In this document: positions 49,101 through 58,100 of the stretch, piece by piece | How positions within the stretch are numbered: the first letter of the stretch is position 1 | Layout: each line of letters opens with the position of its first letter | DNA from: Schmidtea polychroa | Taxonomy: Eukaryota | Direction of reading: 5' to 3' | Assembly: GCA_044892525.1 (NCBI GenBank) | Contig: CM097885.1 | Location: 80,104,001 to 80,168,000 of the forward strand | DNA: 64,000 bases | Made by a program: the position numbers and the translations under genes | The notes under the pieces: model-generated | Told to the model about the DNA's origin: nothing | Databases searched by the model: none | Seen by the model: the letters and a program-made list of their open reading frames with translations, nothing else

Positions 49101-52100
49101 ATTAGTTCCTTGATCGGTTAATATTTGCTTCGGCGTTCCATATCGGCAACATATTTCTTCCACTAAGATTTTTGCGATTGTTTTAGCTTTTTGGTCTGGC
49201 ATCGCGAATGCTTCTGGGAATTTCGTAAGAAAGTCTGTGATCACTAGAATGTAAACATTTCCTTTATCCGACTCTGGTAGTGGACCAACTACGTCCATGG
49301 ATATCATCGTCATCGGTTCTATTGGTACTGGCATTGGCGTTAAAGGCGCTTTCCATTTTGATCCAGTATTTTTCCGTGTTGCACATGTTAGGCAGTTTTT
49401 CACCCACTCGCTTACGTCTTCCGTTAGGGTTGGCCAAAAATATTTTTGTTTCATTCTTGCTAACGTCTTTTTCGATGACATATGTCCTCCCAATCTACCA
49501 TCGTGATATTGCGTTAGTAAATCCTTCCGTCGGTTTTCTGGCACACACATTAATCTCTTCTCTCCATCCATTATCAGTAACCAATCTTTCTCTATAATAT
49601 ATCGATGTCGGTGTTTATCCATATGTTCTTTTAATTTTTGATCTTTCGCATATTCCTCCGTCTTTCCGGTTTTTACATAATCGATAATCCGTTTCAGTTC
49701 TACGTCTTCTTGTTGGTCCTTTCGCAATTGACAGAAATCTAAATCTTCCGCTACTATTAAGCATATGCGTTGCATTTCTGAATCCACCAAATCTGGGAAA
49801 ATAAATCTTGACATACAATCGGCGTTGGCATTTGCTCTTCCCGCTTTGAATTTTATAAATGGGGAGTATTCTTGCAATTGCATGGCCCATCTCATCAGTC
49901 TACTGGACGCTTCTTTATGTTGCCCTAACCACACTAATGGTTGATGATCTGTGGTTATACATATCTCATGTCCCCATAGTAAATATCGGAAGTGTTTGAT
50001 AGCTTGTATTATAGCCAATGCTTCTCGTTCTGTTACCGAATAGTTCTTCTCGTGCTTTTTGAATGTTCGACTGTAGTATCCAATTACTCTTTCTTTACCG
50101 TCGTCGTCTAATTGTCCCAAAATTGCGCCTGCCGCGTACCCGCTTGCATCCGTTGCTAATAGAAATGGTTTCTTGAAATCGGGGTGTACGAGGATAGGTG
50201 CTTCGATTAGTTTGTCTCTCAGCGTTTCAAACGCCTCTTGTTGTTCCTTCCCCCAAATGAACGAAATGTCTTTCTTTACTAATTCCTGGATTGGTTTTGC
50301 AATTCCTGCATAATTTTTGATAAATTTGCGATAGTATCCGCATAATCCTAGGAATTCCTGAACTTGGGAGACAGTTTTCGGTGCTGGACATGTTTTTATT
50401 TTCTCAATGTTTCTTGGATCTGGCTCTTTTCCTTTAGCTGACACGATGTGTCCCAAAAACGTGACTTTTTCCTTTGCCCAATCGCATTTTGATGGTTTGA
50501 GTTTGAGTTTCCATTGTCGCAATCGAATAAATACATTTCGGATATCCTCCAGATGTTGTTCGAATGTCGCTGAATAGATTAGCAAATCATCAATATATAC
50601 CATACATTGTTTGATTCCATGAGTGACAAAGTTCATACACCTTTGAAATGATGCTGGTGCATTGGTCAGTCCGAATGGCATTTTCCTGAACTGATATAGA
50701 TCTCGTCCCAACGTGAAAGCTGTTTTCTCTTTGTCCTCATCTTTGACTTTAATCTGCCAGTATCCACTTTTTAGATCTAAAGACGTAAAATATGCTGCCC
50801 CTTGCAACGTCAATAACATCTCATTGATGTCCGGTAATGGATAGGTATCTCTCTTGGTTACTGCGTTTAACTTCCGATAATCGATACAGAATCGTTGGGT
50901 GCCATCTTTCTTTTTTACCATGACCACTGGGAATTGCCATGGTGAGCAACTCGGCTCGATTACCTTTGCGTCTAGCATCTTTTGTACTTCCGCTTCGGCT
51001 ATTTCTTTCTGCATTTCTGCTAGCTTGTATGGTCTCAATGCAATTGGAGTTTCGTCTATGAGTGGTATTGCATGTAAGGTAACATCGCATGTACCCAAAT
51101 CTAAATCTGAGATGGCGAATATATCTTTATATTCTACTAATAATCGGTGCAATTTTCTCTTTTCGTCATCCGTTAACAATGTACTGTCGATTGTCCATAA
51201 TTCGTCGTCTTTGGTCATCTCGTTGGTCACTTTTGGTAATTCGATATTGATCATTGGAGTTAATTTTCCCAATCTTTCATTTTCGTAGATGATTTTGTCT
51301 TCTTCTTCAAAATTTGTGATGTTGAGCGGTATCACTCCTTCTTGGTTTATTGTGATTATTTCCCTTGCGAGTGGTAACTCTCGTCGCTTTTCAAATGACT
51401 TGCTTGGTTCAAAGATAACTTCTCCTTCCATACCCGTATCCACTTTTATCTGACAAATCATCTGCGATTTTGCTGGTACTATTATTTTTTCTGGACATCT
51501 GATTACTGCATTCATTTTGCATATTCTACTGGTTTTGTCTTTTAAACACATGGTTGTTAAGTCAATTACGACTTCTTTTAATAATTCTGGCATCAGATCC
51601 GTTCCGATTATGCATGGTACGCTAAGTTTTGGTATTACTGCCAAATACGTTTCAATTTCGTTGTCCTGGTATCTCAAAGTAGTCCACCATCTTCCGACCA
51701 CGTCTACTGTTTCTTTACTACATGCTATGATGTGTATTGTTGTTGATTCGATATCTTTCCAGTGTTTACTGGGAATTTGATTAATCGCTATCGCTGATAC
51801 ATTAGCTCCTGTGTCTATCATAGCATTGGTTTCTTTACCATTGATTTGGATCATGACTGTCACTGCTGGACCTCCAGGTAAGCTCATCGCGGCTATTGTT
51901 CTTACGTCATCTGCTTGATCTACACTTTTGGTACGTCGTGTTGGCATATAATGCATGCCGGGTTGACTCGGTAATTGCGGATACATATTTTGTGTCATGG
52001 TCAAAGCTGTTTGTGGTCCCACGATATCCGGTGGTATATAGCTTCCATTGGCGATCCAGGTATTTGTCTTTTCCTTTTCCCAATACGGTGCTGTTTCTAT

Positions 52101-55100
52101 CGGTTTTTCGTTTGGGTTTCTGTTTGGATATAAACATTTATCGTTCCCGTTATCATCGTCGTCACTATCGCTGTTAGATGATTGACTTCTGAATCGGTCC
52201 AAAAATTTTGGTTTATTCTTTTTCAATTGTCGCCTTGTTGCTTCATCGTACATTACTTTCCGGAATCGTCTGCCTACCTCCTCGTCGGTTCCTTTAATCT
52301 TTGTTAGTATTTTGATCAATCGCTTTATCCGATGAATGTCTTTTGAGTGACCATGTAATACCATGGTTTTAGCTAAAAATGGTAGAAAGCCTACTATCAT
52401 TTTCCAGTTAACTTTCTTTTCCCGCTTGTATATATCAAAACAAGCTAACATTTGTGTTAGTATTACTCTGACAATCTGAATTATGAGTATGATCCCCAAT
52501 ATTCCGGCCATCATTTGTCCAAAAACTAAGAATCTTCCCCACATGGCTTTCATCATGTTTGACGTAGCTTGTTGAAAATGGTCTGGCGATAATAGCAGCT
52601 CGTAATTCGGGCCTGATTGATAATTTGTTCCCCCAGTTATTGTAACCATATTTGACAAAATGGATTCTCGTCTGGCTGGGAAGAGTACGTTAAGTCGTGC
52701 TGTTTCTAGATCTTCTGGGGAATACATACCGCCGTTTGACACGTCTATAGGCTTGAAATCCAGCTCTGTGGCGAGTTCTATTAATCCAAATTTCTTGGGT
52801 TCCTCGGATATGGTTTTTCCCGGTAGCATCATCCATTTCCCATCGGGTCTTTCATATAAAGGTCCGTATGCATTAGAACAGTTAAAGAGATTTGGGTAGA
52901 AACCCACTGGATTCATAATTCTCGTGACTGGTTGGACGAATCGATTTTGTCCTTTATAACGGATTTCTAGTTCATTTGCACATCTCTTTTCGGGTAGTAT
53001 GGATTTTTCTGGCATTCGTGCATACGTCTTGGTACACTGGTATGTGTACATCACTTCTCCTACCATTCTACCAAAATGTCCGTCTGGTAATGGGAGTGAT
53101 GGCATCGTGTTATCTGGGTGCGTTATCGCAATAGCTAGCTTTGTTTTCAGTATTTCTTTATTCAATGAACAATCGTTTTGTATCAGATCGTAATATACTT
53201 TTTGTAAGGTCGTTTGTCCACGATGAAATAGAAAATCCATTTTATTATTTGCATATAAGTATAGTTTTACGTCCTCCGTTGCTATCTTTCCCACTGCTCT
53301 ATCGATTATTTGTCTCGACATATAGATACCAGCGTAATTGGTTTTATATACTATACTGTCGCACTTGGTGGTTTCTTTCTCTTTGATAAATCTCATACCT
53401 AGATCTGGATCGTCGGTAATTAATGCTGTTGGTGTTTTCTGCGTTGAGAGTCTTTTTTCTCTGGGAGATGGTGGCATTGGTTTTCCATTTCGCATTCTTA
53501 CTCTGTCGTTTCCATCCTCGTCGTTCTCGTTCTCATAAATTTCTCCTTTTACTTCATTGAACAAGGCACTTTTTAACAGTTGGAGTCGGCATTTTTGCGT
53601 GTTAGCTTCATAGATTATAGTTGATACTCCTGTCCTGCATACGTTTTCTGTAGCCCTACATGCCGGGTTGGTTTTCATTTGGTAATTATTTGCGTCAAAT
53701 TGCGCTTCGTATTCTTTTAATTCGACCGTATAGGACTCGATCACTACTTCTCCCGATATTACCTCGCCTCGGATCGTATACGTACCTCCGTTACATGACC
53801 CATCTGATGATTTTACTTTTCCGGATACGTAAACACTTTCGGTTTTAATCATTCCAGTTTGTCCGTGTATTGTCACTCCGTTATGCATTTTTAGCGCTCC
53901 GGTTCTAAATAGCTCTTTACAGTCCTCTCGTTGTATTGATACGATTTCTTTATCCAGACCGGGTAGTATAAGAGTCGAATACGAATATTGTCCACAGTAA
54001 TATGCGAGTACCTTTTTTGATACTACGCATTCCCTTGCTTGCGTTCTAATAAAATCTGATTCTTGGTATACATGGTAGGTAACCTTTGTTCTTACTATGT
54101 CTAATTTGTTGGGTGACGCTTGTCGGCATTCTTCTATGTCTCTCAATGAGTATTTATCTCTCATTATCATATTATCACAATCGTAGATGGTAAAACCCGT
54201 TGCTCCACTTGTGCACAACATCCATATCATCATAGTCATCATTAACGAATTTATCGATGCTTTTCTGCTTGCTGGGTCTTTCATGGGTAGTTCCCATTCT
54301 AGTTCATTCAACAACTTCTTCAATCTAACTTGCATCGACCTTTCTTGCTCATTTTTTCGTGGCGCTTGTATCAGTCTTTTCCATCCTCCGGCACGAATAA
54401 TATGTGGTTCAATAGTATTTTCTATGATTGAAATGGTCATTTCCACATGATTTGCAAACTGTTTATTTGGTATTTTCCTCGCAGCTAGTCCCATCAAATT
54501 ATACATCAAATACGTGATTACCACTAGATGATGTTCGTCATCATTTGCATTTGTCGTGAGCTGTTCAATCACTCTCTTTGTTTCATCCCAATCCGTTTTG
54601 GTGGTTTTCGTTTTCTTTTTGATTAACTTTGGGATTATCCCTGCTACGATGTGCCATAATTGTCTTGCTTCCACACTCGCTACTTTCCGTTGCCACAGAC
54701 GTCTAAGTTGTGGGTTTGTTATTATTAACATATCTTTGATCAATTCTCGTATCCATTTTTCTCCTCTTTCGATCGTTGGTTGAGCTTCTTTTAGATCCCA
54801 TACTATTTTATCTAACTTTTCCAATCGAACTTGCCCTTGTTCTTGCTTTAATTGTTCCTTGGTTTTTAACTCAGACTTTTCTCCTTGTTTCTTAGGTCTT
54901 CCTTTTGCCCGTTTTTCCATCATCGTTCCGGCTTCTCTGGTATTTTCATATTGCGGATTTCTTTCGTTATCCGTTCTGGGTAATGAACTATCGTTATTTC
55001 TCAGCCACTCATTCCATTCATCTATTATTTTATCGGTTTGACCTTCTGGTGATATTCTTGTTGGTTCTCTTTGTTTCTTGAATTGTTCATCCGTTTCGGT

Positions 55101-58100
55101 TTCCGTAGTATTGTCGATGATTTCTCCGATGTTTAATTTTGTTGGTTGTTGATAACTTGTTGATGGTTGGTTGTTAGTCCACATTTCGGCTCCTGTCGGC
55201 CATCTCACTAATAGCGGTGATCTTTCTCCTGGTTCATCGTCGCTATCTTCGAGGATAATCTCTTCGACTTCTTCAGTTTCATTAGATTTACTTGGTGCTT
55301 TGTTCGGACTCGGAGTACTCAAACTGCCTTTTGTTGGTTTATTAATTTTGCTTTTCCTTTTCAATGGTTTTCCCAACGTTTCCGCCATTGTTAACACATT
55401 CGTCTCTTCCAATCTCATGGGTGTTATTCCGACGTCTGCATTATCGTCTAGTAATTTTCCGAATAGTTGCAGCTGGAATGGAGTTTCATATGCTAATTTC
55501 TTTTTTAATTCTCTAATTTTTGTTGTTGGATGCACCTTTAGTTCTTCGGTGCTCTTGTCCGGATACTTGATTCGGATGTGATACCTCTCCTGGGTGTCTT
55601 GTGCCCATTCCTGATTTCTCCATTTCCTAATAATTTGTTCTAGCTGTTCTGGATACCATTCATTATATTGCCGGTATTCCTCTATTGCCTTTGCCATTCC
55701 TCTCAGATTGTGGATGTTCTCTGATGTCTTTAAGATGATATTAGCCAGCGCTACTACCTGGCGTTTTTGATTTTTCGCACCTATTGCTAAAATATCGCCT
55801 AATTGTTTATATCTTTCTTTCTCTTCTCGTTCTCTTGCTTCTGTCGCTTCCTCGCCGTCCATATCGGCATATTCACGTTCCTTTTTCCGCATTGCATGAA
55901 TATGTCTCGCTTCATTTTCGCTTTCTGACGTGACGTCCGTCTCGCTTTCGTCATCTGATGTCTGTCCCTTTGCTTCCTCTTCATATTCTGGAGGTCCCTC
56001 TTCTTCCTCCTCCGATTCACTTTCTGTCCCGCCAATGTCTGTTTCTACGACGATTCCTTTCCGGATTTCCCATTCCTTATTCTCTGCATTCCACACTCTT
56101 TCCCATGGGGTTCGTCTGCAGGATCTGGTACTTAGTTTCGTGATTTTTCCTTGTAGTTCTTTTTCTTTTAACCATTGTTGGTGAATTTCAATTATTTCTG
56201 TAGATTTTTGATATAACGTTTTCATCCGGTCTCGTATTTCTTTTTGATATGTTACGTCTCTTGTTCGAAATTCATCCATTGGTACTATCCTGATTATCTG
56301 ATGATCGTCCCACATACCCATTTCACTCAACGAGGTGTCGTCCTCCGCTCGTAATATTATTTTATCGTACATCATGACTACATCATCTACCATACCATCA
56401 CTACTTTCGCTACGTACCTTTTCCGTTATCTCTTGGTTTATCTTTGATACCAAATCATCCACTTTACTCTGATTGCTCATTTTTATTCGTCGTTTTTCTT
56501 CGTTCGGTAACCATATGGTTATTTCCAACCTCTGTGGCTGGGTTTCTTTTAACCTTCCATATTTGTGAATCAAATTTATGGTTCTCCAATCACTCATTCG
56601 GAGCAATTCTGTATCTCGCAACCGGCTCATTAGTTCGTACATGGCTGGGGCTCGTCTGGTGATGAGTAAATCCCAGTTGTCTTCCACTTGTTCTTGAATT
56701 TGTTTGATCAGCTTGTCCAGGTTTCGTCTCAGAGTACATTGTTTTATTTGTTCTAATTTCAATTTGATATTAAAATCGTATTCTGCCTTGGCATCTTTAG
56801 CCCATTCGTAAAGGTTGGCTGGTTGTTTTTCTTTGTGCAACTTTAGTATTTGCGTTTCTCCTGGCCATATCAGTGCGTCTACTAAGTGCATATCTGGTTT
56901 AATCTGTTCTCCTTGGTATTGATACAAATATTCTTTCTTTCTCGAACTTCCCAAATGTTCTCGTATCCAATCGAAAAGTTCGTCGGTGACTGTATTTTTA
57001 ATCCATATTCTTTCAAGTCCTCTACTCGTTCCGATTTTTATTACATACCGCGTGGTATCAGCCTGCTTCATTTTTTCCATATACTTTTTTATTATCAACT
57101 TTTCCTCGCTTGGTATTAAATCTTCCTTGTTTCTTTCCAATTTCATCACTTTTTGTACGAATCGCCTGAATGGTATTACATCGATGAACTCTTGGTTCCT
57201 CACTACTACTGGGAGTATTTCAGCTACTTGTTTTATCGCTTCCTCCCTCTCTTTTCTCAACTTTATTTCGATATCCTCGTCTTCACTTTCGCTGGTTATC
57301 TCGCTTTCGCCTTCTTCCTCTTTGATTTCCCCTTTTGGAGGTTCGCTTATTTCATTTAGCTGTAGCATTTCTCCACTCAAACTGCTCACATAGTCTTCGT
57401 CTGAGGACGACGTACTTTTTATCCTTTTCATCATGTTAATGTGCAAATTTCTCATCCTTGGTACTCGCTTTAGTTTCTTTCTTTCAAATATCGTTGTTTC
57501 TTCTGATTCTAATTCTTGTAGCATTTGGTGGTTTAGTTGACTGGTTTGTTCCTTGCTCTTGTTATTTTCATCTTCTGTCTCGGTTTTCGCTTTATTATGT
57601 TCTTTTTCGATTTTATCTTTTATCTTTTTCCAGAATATTTTCTGAATTCTCTGGTTTCCTTTTAAAATCGTGGTTGAATTCTCTGTTTTCATTTCCGTTG
57701 TTGTTTCTTTTACCTTTTCTGGTTCAGTCATGGGTACTACCCTTGGGTTTTTCCCGTAATTGTAGCAATACTGGCTCTTCATGTCTTTTACTAACTTCAT
57801 CATATTTATTCGCAATGGTTGTTCTTGTCGTTGTTGGTTGCGTTCTTGTTTTATCCTCTCTTCCTCGGCCTGTAGTCTTTGCCATTCTTGTACATGTTGA
57901 TGCACTTCATAATTGTTGAGATTTTCGGTACTCCTCATCATACGTATATTCTGGGTTTGTTGTGGTGCTGATTCTTGTCTTGGTCTCATCATTTGTTGCA
58001 TCATCTGTTTCATCTGCGAAATTTCCTGCATAACGTTCATTTGTTTTCCTTCGTTAGGGTTACTTTGTCGTTGCGGATTCGCTATATAATTATTATTTCG

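Noticed and set aside
51250-51510. dUTPase-like segment between protease and RT
   Set aside because: I cannot identify the five dUTPase motifs; similar beta-rich spacers are common in gypsy pol.
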